Part shown: one piece after another, positions 12,401-24,390 of the stretch
Layout of the letters: each line of letters opens with the position of its first letter
Position numbering within the stretch: the first letter of the stretch is position 1
Source: Auanema rhodensis
Lineage: Eukaryota; Animalia; Nematoda
DNA: 64,000 nucleotides
Direction: 5' to 3'
NCBI GenBank assembly: GCA_964057225.1
Contig: OZ059897.1
Coordinates: 12,586,001 to 12,650,000 of the forward strand
Made by a program: the position numbers and the translations under genes
Notes under the pieces: generated by a model
Told to the model about the DNA's origin: nothing
Seen by the model: the letters and a program-made list of their open reading frames with translations, nothing else
The model's database searches: none

Positions 12401-15400
12401 ATTCCGATATGGTAAGAAAATCTCAAAACCAATAACATCACTAAGTCATGTTATACAATTTTAGGAAATTGATACTACTTCAACTCCAGATACAGCAATT
12501 GAGCACGAAGAAGAAGAAGAAGAAGAAGAAGGATTATCTGAGCCAACTGAATTGATAACCACGACAACAACTGAAGAGCCATATCATTTCTATGAAACTC
12601 ATCGTGATCATACCCCAGAGACATTAGAATATACAACGACAACTATGATGACCATCATAACATCGGAAGTTCCAACTGTTGAAACAGAAATAGATACAAC
12701 CGAAATGGCAGAAGAAGAGCAACTTCATGAAGCAAATGAAGCGGAAGCTGAACCAATAGAAGAGGATGTAAATGAAAATGTAGTCGATGAGGAAGGAGAA
12801 GTCGAAGGTGTAACAGAAGAAGCTGAAACAGAAGAACATGAAGAGCATGTTGAAGCACATCCAGAGCAAGAAGGGCATGAAGAACATGAGGAACATGAAG
12901 AACATGAAGAACATGAAGAAGATATAGAACCAATGCAAAATAGTGAAAGAGAAGAAGATCACGCATCTCCTCCATTTTATCCAAGTAATCCTGTTGAAAC
13001 CCATCCTGATCAAGAGAATATGCCCTCTGAACAGCAAGAAATCCATCAGGAAGAAGCCATAGATGATGTAAATCAAGTACACAGCATTCCTGTAGTGAAT
13101 GAAGAGCGACATGAACCAATTGAAGAAATAATTGAAAATACTGTTAGCAAATCTGAAGAAATATTGCCCGTTATCATAAAATCAGACAAAAGTCTTGAAG
13201 AAATATTATTCACAACTTCGATTCCAATAGAAGAATTATCTACTACTCCATATTATGGTGATGATGATGATGATGATGAGGATGAGGATGAGGATGATGA
13301 CTATAAGGTGGATGAAACAACAACAACTACGTCAACAACTACAACATCACCTCCAACAACAACAACAACAACTACTATTCCAGATCTAGCTCCAGAGATA
13401 ACTACAATGACGTCAGGTATATTCTTAATATTACGAATGCTTGATCGATCTAATTCCCACAGAATATGATATGTCCGAAAGCGAGCCTGATTATGAAACA
13501 GCTGAGCTGTTACCAACTGATCCAGACTTTTCCATAACTGATTTAGAGAACGATTTGCCTCAAGAGCTTTTCACACCAGGAGAGCCGGAATATATCCCTA
13601 CCGATGAGCCATGTCCAGGTATTCAAGCTTTTCAGATAGTTTATTGACATATACTTTTGAAACTAAAATATTCAACTTGGAAAAGAGTAACATGTAGTAA
13701 CGTAATCAGCATGTGATAATGACCTTTCAAAGTTCATTGTGCTTGTAGAGGAATTGCAAAACATTTCATGTTGATAGTGAAGAATTATCGGAAAATTGCA
13801 AGAAATGAAGAAAATTAAATTGCAAAGTATCAATAGTATTCTATTGCTAAAGTAAAGTTGTTTATCTAAGAGGAAAGGGCCCAAACACCCCCGCGATGTC
13901 TTTCCGCTTTTGAACATTAGCTGCTTCAATACTGTCAAAGAATGAATTAAATATAGAGAAAGAAAAGACAATTTCCACTTCAATTATATATATATTTAAA
14001 TTTCTTCATGTAATTTCATTGAATAACTAACAAATCCTAGATTGGAAATGTTCGATAATTAAAGTTTTAATAGGACTTGTAACGTCATCAAATAGTTAAC
14101 TATTAAGCTTAAACTGAAAGCTATTAGATAGTATAGTAGAAATTTATGTATTAGATTTAAGTAATTTTGAACAAAAAAAAGGAAAAAAAAGTTCCTTTTT
14201 TAATTGAATCGAACAGTTACAAGATTTGAACTTTTCCAATAAAAAAAAAGTTTAATTTGCTTTCCTAAAACTTGTAAAGAACTTTGAACACATTAAACAA
14301 GTTTTAGAGATATTTTTTTATATTCAAAAATATATTTGAAAGTGTATCTTATCATTTATATTTATACATATGTATATGTATATTTGATAAAATATTTGAT
14401 TTACAATAATAATTATTCGTATTTTTGCCTATTTTTCTATAATTTTATTCAATTTAATATTATATTTATGTGTTAAAGACGAAGACAAAAATTATACATG
14501 TACTATTATTATGTAATATAAGAAATAATATTCAACTGAGATCAACTTTATTACGATCATGTCTCTACATAGTTCGAACGCCAAAAATGAAAATAAACGA
14601 ACACGATATCTGATGATGAAGTTAAGATGTGTCGTCGTCAAAATCATCATCATACGAAGCTGATGAGTCGAGAAGTTCATAGAAATATGTATATGAAAAT
14701 GATTAGTATAAAATGAAAAAAAAAAGAAATAAAAATTCATACAACAAATTACAGAGAAATAGAGAGATCCTGAAAAATAAAAGGGTCACACATAGAAAAG
14801 AGAGAGAGAGAGAGGGGGGGAGAGGGAGAGAGAGAGAAAAGAGCAGAAGATGGAAGAGAGAGAGAGAAAGAGAGAAAGAGAGATGTTTCTCTCTCTGTTG
14901 TCTGTTCACTGAAGAAATTTTAGAAAGTTCCATTATGGTTTAACATGATGAGAACTTAAGATTGATGACGGAATATGATTTTTCTGAAACACAAGATATT
15001 CAATTTATTATTGAATTTCGAATATTTCATTTCCCATATTGTAATTATCGTAACGAAATCATAGCCCTATCAGAAGGATAATCTGCTTTCATGTAATCTT
15101 AAAAGTACGAATAATCTTGAGTTTTATCTCTCTAAACTATATGATCTTTTATCTTTTTATTTTATGATTAAAACAAAAGAAAAAATGATGATTAAGATTA
15201 TAATATTATTATTTAATTATAAATATAAAAATTAAATTAAATATTTAATATATATTATACCTTTTTATTTATCTTGTCCTTGGTATCTTGCAAGCATGTT
15301 ATACAAATCACCAAACCGTCTGAAATATTTTGGATTTTTTTCTGAACAAAACAAAAGAAAATTTCAAAAATAAAGATAATTTCTAAAAAATAAAACTAAC

Positions 15401-18400
15401 TTATCCATTTTATTATCATCCTGATATTTGTTTAAAAGACCGTAAAAATCAGTAGAAAATCGCCTGTAAAGTGTTCAGAATTTGAATTTCAAATAGAATT
15501 TTTAAAAAAATACTTGTTAGGTCTTTCTTGATATCTGCCAAGCATAGAGTAATAATCATTATTGAATCGTTTCTGCTGTTGATATTTACTTAGAAGACCG
15601 TAAAAGTCATTGAATCGTCTGAAATATTCAAGTTTAATGTCTTTTCTCATTAAGTTGTTTAAGTTTTTGCTTCAAATTAATACAGTAAACTTAAACGAAA
15701 TGATGTTATTATGGATCAGAAACTATGATAAGTCTACTTTTTGCTTTGTTTTTTCTATTTTGAATTGATTACAATTTCCTTTTCATATCTATTTTTTATA
15801 ATTTTTAAAGCTGGGATAAATATAAGCCAAAGCTTAAGCCTTTCCCTGTGAACGCTAACTCTCCAAAAAAAGAACTCCAATCCAGCTATTTCTTATTAAA
15901 AAACAAAGACACAAATTTATTTTCCTAGGAATTTATTGAATTAAAGTATGAATTGAATTGAATTCATATAATAAGATAAAAATATTATAAAAGAAATATG
16001 GTGGGTGATTGAGAACAAAACAATGGTTATTGATCACATAATCTTTTTTCTGAATATTTGGGATAAATGAATCAAACTTTATACTATGATTTCACTTTTA
16101 TTATATTTAATATGTAAATATCTAGATAATCATTTTATATTAAAAAATGATTCAATCTTTCAGTAGATGTCTCATCTTTTTCAAAAAACATCTACGAAAT
16201 TTACATTTTATAAGGGTAAATACAAGAAAAACTGGCAACTAAACTCCCTAAGCTTCATTCTTTCGTCATTCTCTTCTTATATTTCGTACTCACTCTTTCT
16301 TTCTTAATTTGTCTAGATCTTCTTATGTTTCGAGAAAATGTAGAGAATCCTGATCCATTAATAGACAATTCATCTTGTCTTCTTGTCTCATTTGTACATC
16401 AGATATCTTTCTGTTTCCGCAGAAAACGATTGCAGTCATTGTCAACGAGAGTCACTCCTGACAGCTTTTGATGCACTCGTGAATATCTGAGGTTTTAAAC
16501 TCATGTCTTGAGCATATCTTCTTCCTTTACTTTTTTTTATGAAAGAGAAAAGTATTGTAATTTTCCACAAACAGCTTTTATTCATAAAGAAGAAGAAAAC
16601 GACGAATATGAATTCGATTAACTATGCCATATTGAATAGACACATATGAATTCAGTGAGACTTGGATCAAAAGATTGAACAAAAAAAAACTTTATTTAAT
16701 GACTTTTTCATTCATTCATTCATTAATATATTAATTTTATACGCATTTTTAAGATAATTATACTAAATATTAATTTAATATACTAATGTTTCTATTTTAT
16801 GTTATTTTTAACATATCCTGTATGTGAGAAAAAAAGATCAATTTTTTGTTTAGAAGTTGAAATGTTCAAAGGCTGCTTTCTAATCTTTTAGCCTAATTTT
16901 ATTAGTTTAAAATAGTTTTTAAACAGAAAAAAAGCTACTGAACTTCACCAAAAATGACTACAACTTTGAAACTGGAAAAATGTCTCCAAAAAAACTGTCA
17001 TTTTTTATAATAATCTTTTAATAAAAACTTGGACAAGCTCTTAAAAAATGTTTTTTTTTTAGAATCAAATAGATTTTCTTTTATTTATTAATTTTTTAAA
17101 TTCAAATACATATACAAACATACTGAACCATTTATATTTCAGTTTTTCCCTGTGTATATACGTATATTTAAATATAATATTCATTCGAATGTACAAATAT
17201 AGTTTGATAGAATACCAAAATTTGACAACATTTTTAGAAAAATTAGTATATAGATTAACGAACTATTGAAAATTTGTCTCAAAATCTTTTGAAATATAAA
17301 GAGATATAACGAGAATCCTCATTTGTAAATAGAATAGTATTCTGATCAGAAATCTTAGAATTCGTTAATGAATTCAACATAATTCTTTCCAAAATTTTAC
17401 TTACAAGATACTGATGATGTTTAAAGAAATTAATATCAAGCGATTGTTATTTCAATTCAGAAAAATGAAGGAAAAGATTCAGAAGCAAACATAGTTTGTA
17501 TTATTTTCATCAAGGAAAAGCTAAACCAAAGTCCAGAAAAAGGTCGATAAGCATCTTTTTTCATTTACATTTATGCTTTACTTTTACAAAAATTTTTATA
17601 TTTTTTAAACAAATATATGTCAAATTTAAAAATATTCTTGATTTAAAATACTTTTTAATCTAAATAATGTTGTTATCCTGTGTTGTTAAAGTAACAAATA
17701 GGTTGAATATTACTTTTCGCACTTCTTACAAGAAATTATGAATTCAGATACGAAATGGTTTGTCAAAGATATATAGGTAAAACTAAAGTATTTGAACAAA
17801 AAATTTGTTAAAATAGATGAACTTTCATATATTTTATTATATTATTTATATAATATTATGAAATATTTTATGTTTTTAGTTATATTCAACAAGAAAAAAA
17901 TTCTCATGTAATTCGACATAATGACTGCAAACACAGGCTCAAAATCTTTTTCTTTTCATTATATACAAGTATTCATTGAAAATTCCTTCATAATCTAAGA
18001 ATATGATTATGATGTTCCAACTTTATGAGCATCATGAAAAAGACATTTTTCTAGATAATGAATAGAAGAGAATTTTATATTTTTAAAAGATATTATGTAA
18101 TTTTTAGAAAGAAAAGATATTAAATATAAGAATAAAAAAGAGAAAAAAAGAGAAAAAAAAGTTAAAATAATTAAAAGAAACTCACTTATCTACTTGCTGA
18201 GTAGCATGACAAGTCAGCAAGCAAAATGCTGATAAGCAGATTACGAATAACAGTGTTGATCTCATCATTCTAAAGATCTACTATGTATGTCTATGTCTTA
18301 TATTGAATATAGAAAACATTGTTAAAAACGAAAGAAAAATTTTGAAAATCAATTACAACAGAAAACAAAACAAAGAATGAATGAAATGTGAATGTAGTGA

Positions 18401-20012
18401 AAGCAGCTGAGAAAGATTAGTATGGAAAGAATATTCGTGTATGGTTGAGCTAGCAGTTTCAAGCTACTCCTCCTCTCTTTTTTACCTTTTTAGCTCCTCC
18501 CACTTGCTCAAACCGCACCCTCACATTGAGCTCCTCCCTTTTCTTGATATACTTTTTATATTTCATCTTAAAAAGGAACATAACAATATATAATGACAAA
18601 AAGAATTGAGTATGTAATGAAGAATTATGAAGTTTCGTTCAAAAATTGAAATAAAAGTTATTTGAATGAGCAAAAGTCTTGGAGATTATCAACCAAACGT
18701 AATATGATTTAGATTTTCTGATTTTCGTACTTAAAGTTTTATATAATTATGAATATAATGAAACAAAAAATATGAAGATAAATTACTTTTGTTTGAAGTT
18801 AATATTTTCAAAACATGACTGAATTTCCTATGATTCACAAAGATTTTTTATTATTTAGTTTTATTATTATTGCTGAAACAAAATTTTTGAGTATGAAATC
18901 TCACGCCAACTTCTATATATTTCAAAAAAAAATTGGTTGAAAAGTAAACATTCTGTCAATCCTCATAATTTTCAGAATTTACTACATGTATAAACTAGAC
19001 CAATATGCTATATTAGGTCATTCATTATGAGAAAACGCAATAATCATGAGAACTATATATTCTAAGAATTATAAAAGAATATTTCCTTCAATCTTACATT
19101 TTAAGCACATTAATCTTGAAGAAAAAAAAAACGAAAAAAAAAAAATTTTATGCACATCCGGTCATTCTGTTGGATGTGCATTGCCGTCGTTTCTAATGTA
19201 TGATCTTTTTCAGCAACTGGCTGTATTCCGGAAATTTGTCGTCAAGCTGATTGTGGTAAGAGAATTATTATTTTTTTTATTTTAATAATAATCTTTTTTT
19301 TCTTTGAAAAAAAAAATAATTTTTAAGGTTTAAATGGAAAATGTGTTGAATTCAATACTACACATTACGAATGTGTATGTAATCTATTCTATGATGGACC
19401 TCGTTGTAATATCTGTAAGAAGTTTCTTATTTATATGAAAAACAATAAAAATAGAAGAAAAATTTCATTTAAATCTAATAAAGAAGCCTTTTTTCATTCC
19501 TGTTTTTCCAAAAAAAAACAGCTAATTATGAAAAAAATAACTGTAGCAAAGTGATTATGTGAGAACATACGATTCTGTTTATTTATATTTTTTTTTCTTT
19601 AAATATATAGAATATATGAAGCATAAATATGAATATAGTATATATATATATATATATATCGGGATTCAAGTTTCAATTTTCAGTTAAACCTATTGAACAT
19701 GCTGCCAAGTTTAACGGAGATGCATTTATTGAATTATCTGCTGATGAATTTCCACATTTAACATCTGAGAAGAATGAAGTGATTCAACTTCGATTCAAAA
19801 CAGAACATCCTAATGGAGTAATATAATAATATTTTTGACTATATGTTTATGAGTTATGATAACATTTAGATTATTTTCTGGCAAGGGCAACAGCCGGATG
19901 TATCAGTTGTAGGAGAAGATTATATCTCATTAGGCTTGACCAACGGTTACCTTCACTATTCGTATGTTTTTTTTTTGATAATATTTCTCATATTAGTATA
20001 TGCTAACTAAAT

Positions 20013-20047
<35 letters not shown>

Positions 20048-20875
20048 TCAATATATTCAATATAGATATGAATTGGGTGGAGGAGCAGCAAACATGGTGT
20101 CACCCATAAGATTGAATGATGGTCAAATGCATACTGTAAGATTAGAAAGGTCTGATTTTTCATTTTTATAAAGAACAATAACAAAAGAAATGAAAATTGT
20201 TTTGCAAAATTATTCGGAAAAAATAAAAATTCATATCAAAAGCTAGAATATGAAATAATAGTTTGTTCATTTATTGCATACTGATTGTATGTAAGTGATG
20301 TTTGAATAAGTAACTATAGGACAATATAGTTTAATATGAATATATTAATTAATCTTTACATATTATATCAACTTTCATCATTTTGTTAAGTAAAAATACT
20401 ATTTTTTTCAATTTTTTTTAGACGCGGAAGACGAGGTATTCTCCAAATTGATTCTGAAGCTCCTATTATTGGAATGAGCAGTGGAATTTTAGCAATGTTG
20501 AATGCAGAAGGAAATTTATTCATAGGTAAGAGCTGAAAAGCAACGAGTGTTTTTGACTTAATCCGTAAAAACTATACACTTTTCCTTTTACAGGTGGAAT
20601 ACCAGATATACGGCATTCTACTGGCGGCTTACATCATCAGAATTTTGTTGGATGTATAGCCGATGTAGCTTTAAATGGTGAAAAAGTTGATCTTATGGGT
20701 ACAGCTATTGATGGCAAAAATGTTCGACCATGTGAGGAATGGATTGCACCTAAGCGATGGCTAAAGAAACTCAGAAGGTATCGTTTATTTATAAATATAT
20801 ATAATATATATATAATTAATATAATTAATAGAATAACAAATAAAATAATTATTTCTTTTTAGGCGAACACAATAG
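494..20875 (+). CDS. unc-52: Perlecan/UNC-52 heparan sulfate proteoglycan, 3' portion (domain IV Ig repeats and domain V LamG/EGF), long isoform; 5' end lies outside the window
   Basis: Many spliced Ig I-set exons (e.g. PQPVIDP...FRCWVPGIPDCQITFHK, D-x-G-x-Y-x-C motifs, VEWLHDPGPERGDLPDD, EEHNEPGLLHFP) closely match recalled C. elegans UNC-52. LamG and EGF exons follow (CVCTEGFVGEHC, LFIGGLP...FRGCI, YELGGGAA, NFVGCIADV). Last exon G CGA ACA CAA TAG at 20863-20875; AATAAA at 21024-21029. Confidence 0.96.
5820..6014 (+). CDS. unc-52: Alternative half-Ig exon of unc-52 (DPKSRVLWYH...ADLCDRGLYYCTD...), putatively mutually exclusive with exon 6362-6568
   Basis: tttcag acceptor ends at 5819, and phase-1 entry matches the donor at 5641. 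The exon encodes the Ig C-strand Trp and the DxGxYxC motif. Phase-1 donor G|gtgatc at 6015, or read-through to TAA at 6035-6037. Confidence 0.7.
7887..8150 (+). CDS. unc-52: unc-52 medium-isoform terminal exon with basic tail (KRKRKHARRGRHARHQRRH...LFGSWFSTHN*)
   Basis: Acceptor attcag ends at 7886. The exon finishes the last Ig and reads on into a Lys/Arg/His-rich tail ending LFGSWF, like the recalled C. elegans medium isoform. Stop TAA at 8148-8150. Confidence 0.88.
   Translation, partial: VTGGRLLFTDITEDNAGTYRCMAKTKAGPLETRTVLNVGPAKRKRKHARRGRHARHQRRHAAPKTLLHEQKQQQQRSLFGSWFSTHN
12831..12922 (+). repeat. Coding (EEH)n repeat inside the acidic/Thr-rich insert of UNC-52 domain V
   Basis: Imperfect tandem GAAGAACAT units encode EEHEEHVE...GHEEHEEHEEHEEHEED. 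Nearby are poly-Asp (about 13260-13301) and poly-Thr tracts. Confidence 0.85.
14740..14885. repeat. GA-rich simple sequence
   Basis: Imperfect (GA)n/purine tract. Confidence 0.8.
15265..18268 (-). CDS. Neuropeptide-like precursor, 101 aa, nested antisense in the unc-52 intron
   Basis: Exons 18268-18186, 15618-15514, 15463-15401 and 15319-15265; all introns GT-AG and phase 2. Protein: MMRSTLLFVICLSAFCLLTCHATQQVD KR FNDFYGLLSKYQQQ KR FNNDYYSMLGRYQERPN KR FSTDFYGLLNKYQDDNKMD KR FGDLYNMLARYQGQDK*. Hydrophobic signal peptide and four dibasic sites; a tttag acceptor (possible trans-splice site) lies 1 nt before the ATG. Confidence 0.88.
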
Positions 20876-23800
20876 ATTCAAATATCTGTTCCAACACCTA
20901 TTTTCATATTTCTGATGAAGACAGTCAAACAAATCTGTTTCACTCTACGTGTCTCTCTTTCATGTTGCTTTTTGGTCATATTTTTTTTTGTTTATCTGAA
21001 GTTCCGTAATTATGACTGTGATTAATAAACATCATTTTGTTTATAGATATGATAATATATATATATATATTATTTTCTTTTTATAATAGTTATGTTTTTT
21101 TTTACTTTTTTTTAAAAAAAATAAATAAATATAATAAAAAGAATTTATTTTAGTCGTTTTATAATGGAAAAAATATTTATTTTTGATAGCCTAGTTCTCA
21201 ACCAATTATGCTAATTCATATTCACGTAGGTCAAAAACTACGTAATATATTACTTCATTTCTAGTTTTCTGAATGTATTGAACGGTTATGGAAAAAAGAA
21301 CAATCATGAACCTATTTTCCTTCAACAAATAGTAGCAATAATTAGTTTTTTTTTTTTTTTTGGAGGAAAAAATCGTATCGAATACGATGAGTATAAGATG
21401 TGTTTGATATGTTTTTCAACAAATTTCACAACTGCACGCTAAGAAATTAATCATATCATATAATTATACTTTATGTCATCGTTTATTTCGTATCCTCTAG
21501 ATTCATAGTACTATTTGGTTTAAATAAATTGAATGTTAAATGAAATATATTATTTAAATATATAGATTACCATGGGTTTTCGATACTATTCATTTATGTA
21601 ATTTTTGTGCGAAAAATGTCTTTTATTGGTCAAGAGGGGATAACGTATGTAGATTGGCTAACAAATTGCTTGTCGAGTCTCTACTTCTTGTTATGGTAGT
21701 ATAATATGAAAATATATAAAAAAAGCAGATATCATTTAAGAAAAAAAAATATTTTTATGTAAATTTCTTTAGTATATATTATAATTTTATATTATTTTAA
21801 CTATATATAAATGTATACATATATGCATAGTGCATGTACATAAGAATTAAAAAGCTCAGCTTGTATTGAAACTTTGGATTTTTCTCCACAAATGAACGAT
21901 AAACATAACAAAAAGATTATTTATATTAATGTTTATTTTAAAAAGAACTATCTAAGAGGGCAAGCGTCGGACATAAAATGTTTAAAATAAAGTTTAACTA
22001 AGTTTTCAAGAGAATAGCAAATCATTACGAATTCGAAAGGGGAAACATATTTTTATATATAAAACTATAGTTATATCTGCCCCTTTCTATATATACTATA
22101 CATGTTATTTTTATAATTTTTATATTATAATAGTTTAGAAAAAACTATGAGAAACGAATTTTTTTTTGTCGGACATGTCCGGCAAGCCAGGAAGCATGTG
22201 CTAATCACACAATTTCTGGGAAAATATATTCAGAAACCTATTAGATATATACTAAAAAGATTATATAAGGAATATTTTAAAAAAGTAAAGTAGATTAAGT
22301 TGAATGGGATGCTATTTCCTTGTTCTTCAGTTTGAAAGCCTAATATACTTCAAGGCTATCAGGTCCCATTAAAATGAGATCGACCTATTAGTAGTTCTTC
22401 TCATGTCTTTCGAGCTTTTGCAGAAAAATATATAGACAGTGTATCAGAATCGTTGTCATCTTATCTGGGCATCTAAGAAGAACAAGATACATTTCATGAG
22501 TTTGTTGAACGTAAAACGAAGACTGTCACCAATAGCAAGCTACAACCCGGTTTCATCTATGAATCATCTTCAATTACAATTTATTTATCGGCATAAAATT
22601 GCCATCATTGAACAGCTAAGCTTCATTCAAATGAATTAAACATTTTATACATAGTATGTCTATAGCTAACAAGAAATACAACTTGAATCTAATGTCTGAC
22701 TCATCTGAATCAATCAGTTGAATACCTTGAACTTATTTTTCTTCTTTTTGAACTTTACGCTTCAACTCAGACCATATAAGCCAGAAGAAATGCTTTCAAA
22801 TCCTTTAAAGACTGATTTTTCAATGGCTCTCTCTTTCTTTTTATTTCTTTCTATCCAAATTATTTATGTCTTGTCCAGTTTTATAGAAACAAGATGATCT
22901 CCTATGTGTCTGAGATCCATTAACAAATCTGAGCAGTCATCTTTCTATCATTTTTGTTTTCCATTGTCTTAACATGATGCATACTTTAGTTTTCACAGTA
23001 AAGAACTATATTCGATTTTCTGATTTCTTTCATTTCTGCTATCTCTCAACTCTTTTAAACAAGCAAAAAGCGAAGCAGTTACCCTTGTCCTCAGACTTCC
23101 AAAATCTAGTCATGTCCGCATGTCATTCATTTGAAAAACCAGCATATCCCCCCCCCTTTATTTTCCTCCGTTAATGGTAGACATCGAAAAACTTTCGGTC
23201 TTTCAACTTCTTCTCATTTCGTCCTTATTATCTTTCTGGTCTTACTACCACCAAATTCATTGTCTCATGTCAATCCTCTTCTGAATTGACGTCAATTTTT
23301 TTGTTGAAAAATGAATTTCGACAGTTAATGCATGGTCTACGATGACCATAATCTCTCATTTTGTCCTCTTTCTCACTTCTACCTGTTTCTATGATGACAG
23401 ACTCATAATTGACATGCTGGCCATTACTGAGGTTAGTCAACATCCATATGTCGTCGTCAATGATCCAAGCTTGCCTTCTCATTCTGATCCATCTTAAGAT
23501 AGACATTTCCAACTCATTCATATTGAAGACAGTTTGACAATGCTTCTGACGATTAACGCAAAACGCTACAGGGTATAAGAAGATCACAATTCCCTGTACA
23601 TTCTCACAATGCTCTTTAGTGCTGCAGATGGTTGCTTAAGCCATCTTTTAGGAAGCTTAGCGTTATCCCTCGTCAATTCATTGGTGAATCATACTAAGAC
23701 GATTTCTTCTTTTTTTCCAAGATTTACAGTTCTTTTCTTCCAGAAAATCTTAAAATAAAATATTCATAGTATTAGCTTCTATACTCAGTTAAACTCAAAA

Positions 23801-24390
23801 AGTCGGTAGGTCTGATGTCTAACAGTTATCTAATCTTTCTTATTGAGTCAATGTCGAGGACATCCTCAATCTTAACGATGATGATGACGTTGATTAGACG
23901 AACATAAGATCATCAGACTATGATCAACACCTTCAATTTCATGTTGTCTACACTCCCCTTCTCTCCCGTCAGATCATCTATCCATCCTTCCATCCTACCT
24001 TCATCGCATACACGACGTCGACCTATATACGGTCATCCATCTTTTTCGTATCATTGTCTCTCTCTTTTAAACTCATTCTATGTCTATATTCCTCGTTTTC
24101 ATCTTAAACTTCATAATGTATTTGACCCTCCATAATCCATCTAAACAAAGAATGTTTTCTCATGATATCATTTTCCTTATTTATTCCTTCATTGCATAAT
24201 CATTATCCTTGGTTAATCTTATAGATTTATCATACAAAACTGAAATAATTCTTCTGAATCGTCTTCATTGTCATCATATCATTCTGCACTTTTAGTTTTT
24301 TTTTATTAATAGGTTAAACAACGTCTTTTCTTTCAACTTTTCTTTTTCTCATTTTTCCTTTATTACTTAATTTTTCTTTTCAGAAAAACG

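Noticed and set aside
12624-13119. Two long minus-strand ORFs (162 and 154 aa), very hydrophobic
   Set aside because: They are antisense shadows of the GAA-rich unc-52 exon; TTC/CTT repeats lack stops by composition.
14492-14943. ORFs over the GA-rich tract (RERE... and SLSL...)
   Set aside because: Microsatellite translation artefacts.
21960-22230. SL/snRNA-like hints: gtttaactaagttttcaag, repeated gtcggacat, palindrome cggacatgtccg and an aatttctgg Sm-like site
   Set aside because: No GGTTT start or GT donor after the leader-like segment, and the spacing does not fit an SL RNA. Too degenerate to call without cmscan.
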